DNA of 64,000 nucleotides from Tubulanus polymorphus. Taxonomy: Eukaryota; Animalia; Nemertea. The notes under the pieces are model-generated. The model did not search any database. It saw only the letters and a program-made list of their open reading frames with translations, and was not told where the DNA came from. A program made the translations under genes and the position numbers. Location: assembly GCF_964204645.1 (NCBI RefSeq), contig NC_134026.1:16340150-16404149 (forward strand), in the 5' to 3' direction. Position 1 is the first letter of the stretch; the number at the start of each line of letters is the position of its first letter. This document shows, one piece after another, positions 19,268 through 34,000 of the stretch.

Positions 19268-22200
19268 AGCGGGCGGTAATCAAGCCCTGGCAAGTGAGGA
19301 TGCCTGGATTCAGTGATAAAAATCGCCTATTGTGGGCCCTGCTTGGGTCCTAATTTTGCTGGAAAGTATTCTTTTTCAGTCAAGAAGTCCTTCCATTTGG
19401 GTCTAAAATTGCTGAAAAAGTCCTTAGTACTTCTTTTTGTCCTGGCCTTACCAGTGGAAACGTGAATGAATGGTAAAAACTCTACGTACATTGTATTTTA
19501 TGATGTTTTTATTTTGCACAGATGGATGGTTTTTTTAACCATGTGTGTCCTAGGGAGCCACCCCTCCTCAGCAGATTACCATGCAATTGTACCTTGATTG
19601 AAGAAAAAATTATTACAGTCTTCGATTCTTATGGTATGTATAATTTGCTCAAGATTTAACTCTTGTTTTATAAATGACATTATCTGTCAGTAGGTTAAAA
19701 TGCATGCCAGTATCTGGATTTAGATCCAAAAAAGTAAATTTCTTTAACCAAACAGCAAGAATTCACCAGGACGGTTAAAATCAAAATCAACCATAATTTA
19801 CTTCAGATTTATTCACTGCTATGTTTGATATTGATTAATAGGTCGATGTGATGCGAAAAAAGTTCAGCACTGCGAATGTCAAAGTCTACCTATTGCTTTA
19901 ACCAATCATCGTTTGTGGCCTGCATCTCCTTCCCAGCCAACATACGCTGCATCATTTGATTTTCTCAAACTTTTTACGACTCTCCAAATAGAAGGTCAGC
20001 TGTCAGCAAGAGCATTTGCAGACACGTATGCTGTGATGAACGCTTATTCGCTTGACCAGGTAAAGTAATACACCCCAAGTGCACATCTCCTGTCTATATT
20101 TCATTGTTAACTAAAATTTGATGTGCTTTGATGTTACGTAGGTCTCACAGTTGTATAGACTGCTGACAAGTGAGAGTCTGAGTAGATTTAGATTGATAAC
20201 TTGTGAGGAATATCTGTTGTCGAAATCTTACACTTATAAGCGGTGCTTGGCTTGTCCTGAGGTATGGCTTCTGGCTGCATTTCTGACACTGGTTTGCCAT
20301 ATAAAATAGACCCCGCCTTAACCGGTACCATTTGGACCTTCATTTAGATTGAATGGATTACCGGATAGGCAGAGTCTTCTGTATTCTGAAATATTTTTTG
20401 AAAATCAATTTTCATCTTCCTAGGATAATGGTAAACTTTTTGTGTCAGCTGATGCTAATTTTGGATTGGTTCGGAAAAAGAATGCAGGAAGGAGTTACTC
20501 TACCCCACAAATCTTAAGACCAATATTTTTAGACCAAGGCAATGTAGATTCGTATGTTTTGAGATGTTGTGATACATCCAAACTTGATGATGGTGTAAAT
20601 ATTTTGGTTTTGAAAAAAATGGTTTTGATTGTATACAATATATATTAATATATTTAATTGAAATTGCCATTTGATTAATTTTTCCAGGAATGTAATAATT
20701 TCCAGGCAGGAACAGACATCCGTACCAAAAACAAAGCTGTCAATTTGGATTATACTGGTGTGATGGGTGTGGCATGTTCACGACATGAGATTCCACTAGC
20801 GATGCTAAATCTAAGGCACGGTGAAAGGTAATCTAGTTCTGTATCTTACATGTGCATATTTTGGAACCACAATCAATTGCAAATATGTAGCTCATGAAAT
20901 CTTCTCTGATGAGTGCCAAGATCATTGGTTTCTGTGTATGTTCATTAGAGGCCATTGAATATTAAAATAGTCAATGATTTCATGGAGTCCTTGGATCCCT
21001 AGTTTTGATGTGTGAGAATGTGTTTGATTCATATTCCAGGCTCAGTTACGTTGTTTCGCTGTTGAATCATATGGTTGCAGAGCTGCAAGTTGAGCATAAT
21101 CAATTAGAATTGGTAGTTATGTATGACATAGCTTGTGTATTGCAAAAATATCTAAAGGTAGATGCCATTTCTTAGTTATTGCCCATAGACCATGTTATTG
21201 AAACAATATCCCTAGTTCCCAAATGAGAATGGTTTCCCTGAACCCATTCTAACTACCACGTGCATTTGATATTTTTTTAGAAACCAGATATTTCAAGAAT
21301 GTTGCCGGGTAATCTCCAATTTGCCATTCCATTATTTCACTGCTATGGTCATCAAGCCAATTGTCAAGTATGGATCTAACCTAGGTTTAAGTTTTCTTCT
21401 GACTGGATCATTATATTTATTTGAAAAAAAAAATGTTTTTTTATCTTTTATTATCGCTCAGACAAACTTAAGTCCACGTCGCTTGGAAAATTTTGGTTTG
21501 ACGGATGGAGAAACTATGGAACGATTTTGGTCTTATATCCGACGATTTGCTCTAATCACAAAGGAACAGACTCCAAATCGTAGGTTAGAGTTACTTACAT
21601 TAGCAGCCCAGCATTATACATGGAAGAAAATGAATAAAATTGGTAAGTAAATCCAGGATGGTATGGTTATCACGTATTGATAATTTTGACATCGTTTTTT
21701 TTTTTGTGGTTTCAGAATTCGCATTGTTTGAGCGGTTTAAGAGAGCAGATGTAGCTATAGAACAAGCAGAAAAAGAACTTGCCGATATATCATTGATAAT
21801 TCCAGGTCTCGATTTGTCACCATGTATCTTATTTGCTAGAGGAATAAAGCTGAATTTACATGTATCTTTTCATTATTTTTAGAAATAGCTACTGGGAGAG
21901 ATGATATCTTTGAACAGTGGAATTTCCAGGAAAAGGTATCAGTGACTCATAAAAGAGATAAAGGTAAAAGTTATGGCATGGTGTTAACAAGTTTAACTCT
22001 TTCCATGTTGATCATCATTAATGAAATTCCACTCAGCTGTGCTGGACCTTTTCGGGGTTGTGAACACGTGGCATTGAACTAAGTCAACACCCCAAAACCA
22101 ATAATTTTCTGAAAGCTCATGAATGGTTATATGATACACTCTAGGGTTTGGGTCCATTGAGGGTCACGCTGACTTATTGACCTTTGAATTAGAAATCTGG

Positions 22201-24169
22201 GAAAAAATGGAGGTCACCTGCCATAAGTTACTGTGGGCACAGCTTCGCCATCTAATAGTTCTATACTATACCAGATACATGACTGTGAGATCTCATCCAC
22301 TTGACAAACCAATAAAAATTGCCCTATAAACTTTTTTTCAATGAAATTATTTTAGATATATCCCTGGCAAATGAGTTTGCCCACGACATCAGCTATAGTC
22401 ATCTCATGAGGCGAAATATTTAACCCACGGTGTGGAAAGAGTTTTAAGGCCTGTTGTATTGATTATTTTTCTTTTTCAATATTAAGGAAACCCATCCTCA
22501 TGGCAAGAAAAATACGTCAAGCTCTTGTCTACATACTACAGTGTCTGGTAAGTTATAGTAATTATGAGATAAATCATCAGAGGTGCACTTATTAAGTACT
22601 TAAATGAAATATGAATGTAAATATATTTTTTTTCTCAGTACAATGATAAAGAGCTCTAATGATGGTGCCACATGTATGACCCTTGTTAAAGAGAGAGATG
22701 AGTAAGTTGGAGTAACTACGTACATTGGTATTAGTTTTCAGCTTGTTTTCTGTCAGTTTTCATTATGGTGGCATTGTGATGATACTGATACTGTTGTCTC
22801 GTTTAGACTGGATGCAAGACTTCAATCAATTGAAAATATTCGGAATCTCACTCGATGGTCCAGTTCTCAATACGAATACATCAATCTAATGGAAGCAATG
22901 AATGACAGGAAACGTTGTGCATATCTTCGACAAATGCGAACCTTAGCATGTGAGATGAAGGTTCTTGATAAAGCTTAAAAAAAACATGCAGGTGAAACTG
23001 CCATCCCATGTGACATAATTGCTTCATTGTCATTCCTCCCTTGTAAATCCCTTCAGAACAGACATAACTCATGTATATACCCCACTAAATTTTAGGTGGC
23101 CAGAAAATTGCAAGTCGTCTGATCAAGCAGCGGAAGCGGGTTGTGAAAAGTATAAAAAAGGCCATTAACTTGTACAATTGTCTGACTGCGGATATCAACA
23201 GAATTAGTTCTAAAGATGCTCTGAATCTCGAAAGCACAATTTACCAGCCATTGTCTAACGAGGTTGGTCTTTATTCTTCTCGGTGGAGCTTGCTACAAAA
23301 TTTTTCTCGTATTTGATTTCCTGTCTTGTTCTTCCTTTAGATGTCAGCTTTAACTACAATGCAACGTAAAGCCTTAGGCAGTTGGTTTACTCTGAAAAGG
23401 TCGATAGAAGAAAAGCAAATGGTTCAGGTTGAACTTTCTCATGTGATACAGAATTTAGAGATTCAACGAGCTGATCTTCTTGCTGCCAGGGAAGATGACG
23501 ATGCAGATCAGGGACTTAAGAGTTTGATATATGAAAAACTGAAGTTCCTTCATAAACGCATTTCCTCGTGTCAAGAAATATACTCAAATTTAGTGGAAAA
23601 ACAAACTGCTGAACCGGAAGATTCCAATTCCGCACTGTATACTTTTGATTCTGATGATCAAGAGTCTGACACAGAAGTAGTTGTTTAATTTGGAATTTAG
23701 GCCACAGAAAAGAAAACTCTGTTTCTCGCGCCCGACTGACCCGATATTTCGTCGTTTCAAATAATAAATTTTCAGAATAAGACATAATTGCCTATCGACC
23801 CTTTTTCAAAATTTTGGGTGAAATAACTTTTTTCAAAAATATATTTGGCCGACCGACTACCAAACTCCTTTCTCGTAATTTTTTTTTTTTTTAAATCAAA
23901 TCATTATATCGGCACAGATCATTATCAAAAAATATTTTATTACATCGGATGTTGCAAATTTGATTGGAAATGGTGCAGCCATGGAAATGGTGCAGCCATG
24001 CTCAGACAACTTTGCTAATCGGACATTGATGGCGACCTTGGATTGTAAAATTAAAATTCCCGGAATTCCGTGAAATATGTTCAAAATATAATTTTTTATA
24101 GGTAATTGTACAAACACCTCAATTTCCTTTTACTATTGTGGTCTACTAGCTGTTGATCATATTCCTGAC

Positions 24170-25348
24170 TAAAAATTTGAACTTTTTGAGGGAAATTTTT
24201 AAGACGCTTTGATCAATTACCTTGATCTTTCGGATGTATGTGTATCTTCCCAGGGCCCATCAGCATAACAAAAATTGGGTCGATCGGACTCAAGATGGCC
24301 GTCCTATGACCTTTTTAGTGCCCAAAAATGTAAATTTTGGCCCAAATTCTGAGCCCTGTAGCTTCCTACTGGTTTGCCATTTCTCAATTTGCAATTTGTG
24401 ATGGGTATTCTTTGGAAAGGGATGTTTTAAAACCTGAGACAGTTATTTTTCATCAGCCAATTATGACGCAATTGGCAGCCATCTTGGTGTCGCCAGTACT
24501 CATTTGTAAGTGGGAAAAAGTTTTTCCACATTATATTGATACCTAAGCGTATTTTGATACCACAATCAATTAGAAAGTTGTAGCTCATAACGTGTTCTAT
24601 GATTGTGGTGAGTTTCAAGGTCAATGGATTTTGTCAATGACCACCAGGGGGCGTTGAATAATACAATATCTTAGCATTTCTTTATTATATTCGTACTTAT
24701 GCATATTTTGTAACCACAATCAATTGGAAAGTTATAGCTCATGACATCATCTATTATTGTTGAGAGTTTTAAGGACATTAGTTATTCTATATGGTCACCA
24801 GGGGGCGTTGAATAGTAGAATAACTTAGTATTTCCTTATTATATTGGTACTTAGGCGTATTTTGTTATCATGATCACTTGCAAAGTTGTAGTTCATGACA
24901 TGTTCTATGATTGTGGTGAGTTTCGAGGTCATTGGGTTTTGAATATAGTCACCAGGGGGCGTTGAATAGTAGAATAACTTAGTATTTCCATATTAGATTG
25001 GTAACAAGGCATATTAAGTTATCACAATCAATTACAAAATTGTAGCTGCTGACATGTTCTATGATTGTGATGAGTTTCAAGGTCATTGGTTTTTGTATAT
25101 GGTCACCAGGGGGCGTTGAATAGTAGAATAACTTAGTATTTCCATATTAGATTGGTAACAAGGCATATTTAGTTATCACAATCAATTACAAAATTGTAGC
25201 TGCTGACATGTTCTATGATTGTGATGAGTTTCAAGGTCATTGGTTTTTGTATATGGTCACCAGGGGGCGTTGAATATTGAAATCGTTAGATTGTTGAGCA
25301 TTTGGAACCACTTCCCAAGTGGGCATGGTGTCCCTGGACCCCTAGTTT
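24170..25348 (-). mobile_element. HINE (Helentron-associated) copy with about five 154-bp core repeats
   Basis: Reverse complement of 35056-36060; CACCAGGGGGCGTTGAAT recurs every 154 bp. Confidence 0.75.
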
Positions 25349-25893
25349 TCAATCTCTGTTCATCCACTACTGTTCCCCTGTGAATTTGGAACAATATTTT
25401 TGCAAATATGTCCTGGCCAGCTTCAGTATTGATTTCTTTTCAATGGAAATTATAAATTATATCAAATGTGTTTTTAAGTATTTTTCTGAATTTTTGCATC
25501 AAATTATTGAATAAAAAACTCATGTACATCAGATTTTATTAACATAGAGTAAAATTTATAATAATTTATATTGTGATATATTTTGGCTAGAAATGCGATG
25601 TTTGTTTTTATTAGTCTATGCCTGTATGCGTGGTATGCTAGTGTAATGATATATGAATATTTATATAATATGTGTATGTGTGTAATTATCGTGTTCATGA
25701 ATAAATAGATATGTGACGCTAAACGTTCATTTGTCATTCACAATGCATTGAAGATGATTTCGTTGTTCGTTATTTCTTTGAATATAATACGTGGATGAGC
25801 CGGCTAGATCTATTTTGTGGTATTTTGGATTGAAAATGATCTTCAAAAACCAGGAGGCCCGTAGAGTCGAAGAACAACAACAACAGCAACAAC

Positions 25894-27577
25894 GAAACTT
25901 CTATTTCACGCTTAAAATAGTCGAAAAATGTGGATATTGATGATTGTTTAATTTTTTCTGCATGCTTGGTCGTTCTTGTCTCAGTATGTTTCTGGTGAAT
26001 TGCGAATATAGTTATATATTAGCAGTTGCGCGTTTCTGATATCGTCGTTCAAACAAGAACGACCAACAATGAGAAATTGATCGAAACTTCTATTTCACGC
26101 TAAATATAGTCGAAAAATGTGGATATTGATGATTGTTTAATGTTTTCTGTCTGCTTGGTCGTTCTTGTCTCAGTATGTTTCTGGTGAATTGCGAATATGG
26201 TTAAATATTAGCAGTTGCGCGTTTCTGATATCGTCGTTCAAACAAGAAATACCAACAATGAGAAATTGATCGAAACTTCTATTTCACGCTAAATATAGTC
26301 GAAAAATGTGGATATTGATGATTGTTTAATGTTTTCTGCCTGCTTGGTCGTTCTTGTCTCAGTACGTTTCTGGTGAATTGCGAATATGGTTATATATTAG
26401 CAGTTGCGCGTTTCTGATATCGTCGTTCAAACAAGAACGACCAGCAATGAGAAATTGATCGAAACTTCTATTTCACGCTAAATATAGTCGAAAAATGTGG
26501 ATATTGATGATTGTTTAATGTTTTCTGTCTGCTTGGTCGTTCTTGTCTCAGTATGTTTCTGGTGAATTGCGAATGTGGTTATGTATAAGCAGTTGCGCGT
26601 TTCTGATATCGTCGTTCAAACAAGAACGACCAACAATGAGAAATTGATCGAAACTTCTATTTCACGCTAAATATAGTCGAAAAATGTGGATATTGATCAT
26701 TGTTTAATGTTTTCTGTCTGCTTGGTCGTTCTTGTCTCAGTATGTTTCTGGTGAATTGCGAATATGGTTATATATTAGCAGTTGCGCGTTTCTGATATCG
26801 TCGTTCAAACAAGAACGACCAACAATGAGAAATTGATCGAAACTTCTATTTCACGCTAAATATAGTCGAAAAATGTGGAAATTGATGATTGTTTAATGTT
26901 TTCTGTCTGCTTGGTCGTTCTTGTCTCAGTATTTTTCTGGTGAATTGCGAATGTGGTTATATATTAGCAGTTGCGCGTTTCTGATATCGTCGTTCAAACA
27001 AGAACGACCAACAATGAGAAATTGATCGAAACTTCTATTTCACGCTAAATATAGTCGAAAAATGTGGATATTGATGATTGTTTAATGTTTTCTGTCTGCT
27101 TGGTCGTTCTTGTCTCAGTATGTTTCTGGTGAATTGCGAATATGGTTATATATTAGCAGTTGCGCGTTTCTGATATCGTCGTTCAAACAAGAACGACCAA
27201 CAATGAGAAATTGATCGAAACTTCTATTTCACGCTAAATATAGTCGAAAAATGTGGATATTGATGATTGTTTAATGTTTTCTGTCTGCTTGGTCGTTCTT
27301 GTCTCAGTATGTTTCTGGTGAATTGCGAATATGGTTATATATTAGCAGTTGCGCGTTTCTGATATCGTCGTTCAAACAAGAACGACCAACAATGAGAAAT
27401 TGATCGAAACTTCTATTTCACGCTAAATATAGTCGAAAAATGTGGATATTGATGATTGTTTAATGTTTTCTGCCTGCTTGGTCGTTCTTGTCTCAGTATG
27501 TTTCTGGTGAATTGCGAATATGGTTATATATTAGCAGTTGCGCGTTTCTGATATCGTCGTTCAAATAAGAACGACCA
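25894..27577. repeat. Satellite of about 9 x 189 bp, nearly identical units
   Basis: GAAACTTCTATTTCACGC at 25894, 26083, 26272, 26461, 26650, 26839, 27028, 27217 and 27406. Confidence 0.95.
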
Positions 27578-27857
27578 CTATAATTACTATAATAATCGTG
27601 GTGACGTACTTGCTTCGTATTTTGTTTTAAACTTCATCGAGTGTTTGAAGCGATGACGTTTGTGAAATACAATGATTTTGATTATAATCTAAAATCGTAC
27701 GGTCCAGGCAATGCGCATGCGCATGCACAACACGGGTGCGTCAAGAGTAACATCTAACATCAGCTCTCTTTTATCATACTCGAAGCGACGATACGATCCA
27801 ATTCTTTTCTTTCTATAAATTATATCAATTATATCAACTGAACGCGTCTGCATCGTG

Positions 27858-29545
27858 ATGGCTGAATGTCTAGGCGTGGATCTGGATGCAAGTAGCGATA
27901 TTAGTGGAATAGAACCATTCGATGTAAGTGATGAAGACGATAGTGACAAAGAACAAGGCCGGCAGAAGAAAGTCGGCAGTGAAACCCCGATCCTCGGTAC
28001 GCCCGTTGAAACAGATGGGCTCCGACTCAACAACCAGTACCCGGCCAACAAGCTTACTGGAGCTGCTGTAAAAGGTACATACCGTAATTGTTTAAATTTA
28101 TATACTGTCAAGGCATAGCTGTAGGACTTGGTATTAGCTGATCTGATGTCAATGATAAGTAAGAAACCTCTTTATTTACTTCGCACAGAGTCAGAGAGAA
28201 TACGAGTGGGATTTGCGTATGTTCGTAAGTTTCCTCCCAGATGTATGGGTGTGATAAATGCAGCGGAAAATACACAGGCCCAAAAACAGATCTGTGGACT
28301 ACATGATATTCCACCAACATGCCCCTATGGAAGTGGGGACCTGGTCGTTGAAATACACGGAAATGGCTATGGTTATTTGTAAGTATGGACAATAAATCCT
28401 CTTATCAACCAAAATTCTTATCTTACCTGTACTAAACTATCTTCTAATTGAATATCTTTCTTTTCAGCTTTTATACTCATGAATTTCAAGAATTTCTTCC
28501 CTCCTGCCCAATTATTGGCGAAATTGATACGATTAGACGCGTGGAAGCTCTGCGGTTAAAGTATGGTGGAGCATTGCCAATTGGGCCATGGCCAATGGAG
28601 GAAGTTAAAGAACATGCAAAATCGATTATACCATTGTTTATGGAAAAAAAAGCAATTGGACTTAAGCCCTCCCTAAATATTGGACTTCATTTCCTCGCAT
28701 GGAAGTATGATTCGATTAGTTTCGAAGAACAGTGGAATATTCATGTCGACCAATTAAAAAAGCTCAAGCAGCAACAGGACATCGAAGAAAATGTATCTGT
28801 AAAACGTGTTGATGTTACGACAACTTTGTCCAGGCGTAAAAGTAATAGACGTCGTGTTGTTTCCGTTCTAAAAAGTGACGTTAGCGAAAAGAACCAGGAC
28901 TCGTCATCAGTTATTGCGTCCGATACAGCTTCAGTATTATGTAAAAAAGTAGACAGTGGATATGAATGTTCGGTGTGCGGCAGAATTTTTGGCAATAAAT
29001 CAAATTTTAATCGTCATTCAAGAATACATTGCAAAGAACTGAAATTTTCATGCGAGATATGCGGTAAAAGCTTTACCGATAAGAGCAATTTGAACGTTCA
29101 TGTTAAAAGACATGTGCCAAAAGGACAATATGCTTGCAATATTTGTGGATTAAGATTTATGTCTAGAGGCAACCTGACTGACCATAAAAAGCGTCACACT
29201 TCTGAAAAAGTTGTTATTGCTGATCGATGTATTTTGCCTTACTGCAAAAAGTATGGTGAAAAATTTAAAGATCTCCTTCAGCATGCTCGACAAATGCATA
29301 AACTAGATACGATATGTGCCTATAACGAAGCGGTTAAAAAAAGTATTGACAAAAAATTAGGTAGTTCGAGTACCACCACAAATTGCCATTGTCCGAACCA
29401 TGATATCTGGATATACCGTTGGGTTGGCAGCAATCATAATTGTTATCTATGTGAGTGTCCTATGAAATTTACTCGCATATTCCACGAGGAGAAGAAAGCA
29501 CATATTTGGACACGTACTTGTCGCTATTCTTCTCATTTGTTTTGA
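27858..29545 (+). CDS. Three-exon C2H2 zinc-finger protein
   Basis: Exons about 27858-28073, 28125-28378 and 28469-29545; tandem fingers CSVCGRIF..HSRIH, CEICGKSF..HVKRH, CNICGLRF..HKKRH. Confidence 0.8.
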
Positions 29546-31088
29546 AAATCTTGGCTTTTAATCATAAGTAGCAGGGTCAATCGGTTATACTCATGGCCTG
29601 TAGTTACTTTCAAAGTTAGTTTTCTTTTTTGAAGTTTGATGCTTTTTAAAAGTTGTATTTTATTATATTGTGTCTGTGTACTATCATATCAACTGTAATA
29701 ACTACAGGATTATTATCCATATAGATATCAAATGATAGAATTTATTTGTTATAATAACTTAATGATGATTTTTAGAAGGTTGATGCTGTTTAAAAGTTGT
29801 TTTTTATTATATGTACTATTGACTGTAATAACTACGTACAGACTTATGATCCATAAATCTTAAATAATAGAATTAATTAGGCCTGTAAAAACTTTGCGAG
29901 GATTAATTGCAATTGTATTATTATGATCTAAGTTGCACAGCATTTCATTATATTTTTTCTCTGCAAAAGGTTATTTCAATAAAAACTGTTTTTAAATGTA
30001 CACGAAACTGAATTTTATTTTTTTAGTTTTGGAATGTGGCAGGTAGATGAAATCTAGTGAATGACTATCCTTATCAGCCAAACTTCGTGTACTGTTAAAT
30101 GTTGGTTGTTGACTGGGTTGAATTTTTTTCTCGGGATCATTTTGGTTTACATTATCGTAAAAAGAAATATAACTAAATATAAATATAGAGCGATTTTCAA
30201 ATCAGGAGTTGACTCGTGAAAATGTTTCGATCCATCATGCATTTAATGCGTGCAACATTGCGATTCATCCATCATCCAAACTACCGGTACCAGTACCACC
30301 CGGCATTGCACACCGCAGCAGCCGTGCGACTGATAAGAGTTCAACTCACGACATAAGATCTCTCAGATCCTATTTCTTCCAGTTCAAAAAAACATCTTAA
30401 AGGTAAGAATTAAGTTGGTCACGTTGCCTTTAAAAAGCTAGCCTAAACGACTCATTTCGTAACTACTGGGCAAAAATAGGGGATTCGAGAGCCTAGGTCT
30501 GGAGGAGCGAGAGAGAACAGGTCCTATTCATCTGCTCATTGACTCTCACTGAAAAGGCTTGTTGCTATAAGTGTGGCGGGCTTGGTGTATGGCATTGTGT
30601 ATTGTCTGTTAACTCCTACAATGATGAATAGATGCATTGTTAGTACCTCAGGCTCAGACTCAGTGAGGAATGAGTATTGAATTATTAAGTCAGTAGGCCT
30701 ACTAAAAAGCAAACTAATCCAGGGGCGGTGGAAGCAATTTTTTATTGCTGCAGCCAAATGCCGATTTTGGACAGATTCTAAATATTGCCACAGCGAATTT
30801 ACTTAATTTCTTCAAAAACTTGGTATTAAAAAAAAACGTCATCAGTAAATTATTGTCGCTGCAGTCGCTGCACTTCCAACGCCACTGTAATCAATTTATC
30901 TACCTTTATTATGCATCACTTTGTTTATGGTTTAGCTTCGAAAGGGTGAAATAATCAAATATCCACTACCATTTTTTGATCTACCAATTGGCCATTTTGA
31001 AGTAGGACTAGACTATAGGCCTAGCAGCCACATCATTTTTCATTGAGTGAATGAAAAGATGTCAACAATTATTCTTTTTTATTTCTAG

Positions 31089-34000
31089 ATGGACAAAGAA
31101 TTTGAAAATACCCATGGGCCATTATTAAACACCAAGGAAAGGTAAGCATGCACTTGGGCAGGTCTCTACTATCAAACCATTCAGACCTAGTTCTTATAAT
31201 TAACTGATACATGCACTATCATTACGTTGTTGACTTAGCCTAATGTCGTTCCAAGATCAGAGATAACTTATGACAACCTCTCTGATGAACTTTGGCGAGT
31301 TTGACTATGAAAGATCTTTTAAGCTACTTACATTTAACAGTCGTTAACTGCTTTAGTTTCAATTTGAATTCAGACAGTCTACTTTGGTGTCCTATTATGA
31401 GAAAGGGATGACTCATTGTGGAAATGAATTTACCAAAGGAATGGTTCGAGAAGCCAGTGTTGCTACAGGCATGCCAGAGAAATCAGTTAAGGTAGGCCTA
31501 TATAACTTTTTCTTATGATCTAGGGCCTACGGTGTTTTCTCCAGACTTTGTGATGAAGCACTTTTACTAAAATAATAAATTGATAAACTGTATTTTAAAA
31601 GTTTTAGTTTATTCTGTTAAAGAAATGGATAGAGAACCACAAGGTACAATGTCGAAAGAAAGCTGGGATTTACAACAATGAAAATCTGAGTAAGAAGCAG
31701 CGCATTCGATCATGCAGACCGTACGATGTTTATCTCTCTGATAAAAAAAAAGGAAAATGTAAGCTAGATACATGTTGATTTTAGTCAACCTCTATGTAGT
31801 TGCTGAGCCTGTTTAAAGTGAGGTGTGTGTAATTTGTATATCATTTTAGGCCAGGGAAATTGGAATGACCAAACAGAGGAAGCAATGGCTTCATACGCAC
31901 AGAGGGCTGCAAGCCACAGCCAGCCTATCGGCCCAGAAAATAAAGAAAATAACATTGAATTTCTGGTGCATGAACTAGAAAAAAAGGTAGGCCGTTTCAT
32001 TTAACCATTAACGTTTATGTTATTTGCAGTCATCTAAATAACATAATTATACTTCAGGTAAATAAATTTACTTCGACAACAGAAAAGTTGTGGCTATTGC
32101 TATTACTAAGGATGGGAATAGAATGTTTATATGTGGATCACCAATTCCAACAAAGTGGTTTGAAAAACAGAGAGAGGTTCAGCAAAGTCTGAAGTCACTT
32201 TATCAGCCAGGTAAAGATAATTCAAACATACACACTTTCACTATCATTAACTAAGATAATTCAGGCAGTCTCAGTTTCTATACGTTTGTTGCTACATTCA
32301 GATGATGACAATCAATTAGAAGATGTCAACGTACTGCGATCGAAAGTCACAGATATGTTCAATCGTAAATACAGTAAGCATATATTTTAGCTACTTGATT
32401 TGATTATACATTCAAATAGTCGAAAAATTCAGCATTTGACAATCGTAATCATTTCATATGCGCCATTATATAGCTTCAGCAATAAAGGGTATCTCCGGGA
32501 CGAGATGCAGCTACAAAGCGGTTGATGCTGGTCAAGTCAGGGCATTTAATTTGCCAACTGGAATAATTTTGAAAAGACCATCATCTTATGCAAAAAACTC
32601 GCTGAAAGCACTTTTGAAAAAGGAAGATAAAATATACTTCGAAGGTACACTGTTTCAACTTACCGGTAATAGATATTTAACACACTAAGTTAGACACACT
32701 ATTACATAATATATCAACATTTATCTTGATGTTGATATATTGAATGTCATTATTAGGCCACACAAAGAAATACCGTAGTTTCTCAGGTTTTTTCTGGAAA
32801 GTGACGCTGGTGAGCAAATTATATTTTCATAGCTCCTTTGAAAAAGAGTTGAAATAAAAAGCTCGAAACCAGAGACTTATATAAGAGATGCGGGAAGTAA
32901 GTAAATAACAAATACAGCGGTGCGGGCGAGCAGGATTTAATTTTTATAATAAAAAAAGACGATTCAGATTGATGGTTTGCCAATGCGGGTTAGCGCATTT
33001 GAATTTTCGATTTTAATTAGGGACTTTTTTTATGATGCGGGTGGCATTTGACCTTGAAGAACTAGGGTATTTCTTTGTGTGGGCTTAATGAATTAAAATA
33101 CAATGTACTGGTACTGGTATATGTCTTAATGGAATATGGAAGGATAACATTAGAATTATTTCTTATTAGTTGATACTATGAGCCACGAAGAAGCAGCGTC
33201 ACCAACTGAAGAACTTCAGTTTCCAGAAGCCACTGAAGGTACAACTAAGTCTTTTTGTCTTCTAAACTTACAAGCTATGGTAATATTGGGGTAAATTATC
33301 TTGTTTCTCATTGTAAATTCAGATAGTGCAGAGATCATCAGAGGTACGTATTGTTCTTTATATTTAGAAAATAAATAAAATGAGATATTATTGAATAGCT
33401 AGGCTGAATTATCCTTTCTTTTTTTCAACAGAACCTATGACAAAAAGAAAAACCGAAGTTGTCACAAAGAAAAAGGAGAAATCAGGTACGCAGCCTTCAA
33501 TTCAGTTAATACCAATCGAATACAGCATAACCTCTCTAGTGAACACTTCGCTTCCTAAGAAATTGTTCACTATAGAGAGGTGTTCACTAATTGGAGGTAG
33601 CACATATTTTTCCGCAAAACCCAGGTTTTAGAAACCCTTCTTGAAGAAGAACACTCCACATTGAACCCCCTGTCACGTAAAACTCTGCATTTTTTGCTAG
33701 TCTAGACAGTGAACCCGCGTTCAATGCAGAGTTCAGGCGCCACAATTGACCTTGAACTTGCACTAAAGATGTTGTTTCTTACTACCGAAACTGTGTTAAG
33801 TGTAGACGCTACTCACCGTGAACGCGGGTTTTCATTGAACCCAGGTACGTTGAAACCTGGGTACAACACGCTAGTGAGGACAAGGTTATTTTGGGATGGG
33901 ACCACTGTTCACTATAAATACTCATTTGGTAAAGTTCACTAAATGGTGGTTCTGTTTAATTGAAAATGAGTAGGGAAAATTTGGTTCCCGGGTAAAAGTG

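Larger units (their letters stand above)
17262..23688 (+). pseudogene. Multi-exon KDZ (Kyakuja/Dileera/Zisupton) transposase with CxC cysteine cluster
   Basis: GT-AG exons encode CDDC..H..PFHRLKQW, LWPASPSQP..FDFL, VSADANFGL, GVACSRHE, MYDIAC, FHCYGH and DGETMERFWS. In-frame stops at 17355 (TGA) and 22976 (TAA). Confidence 0.85.

Noticed and set aside
25894-27577. CRISPR-like array
   Set aside because: Units are contiguous near-identical 189-mers with no unique spacers, no cas genes, and a eukaryotic context.
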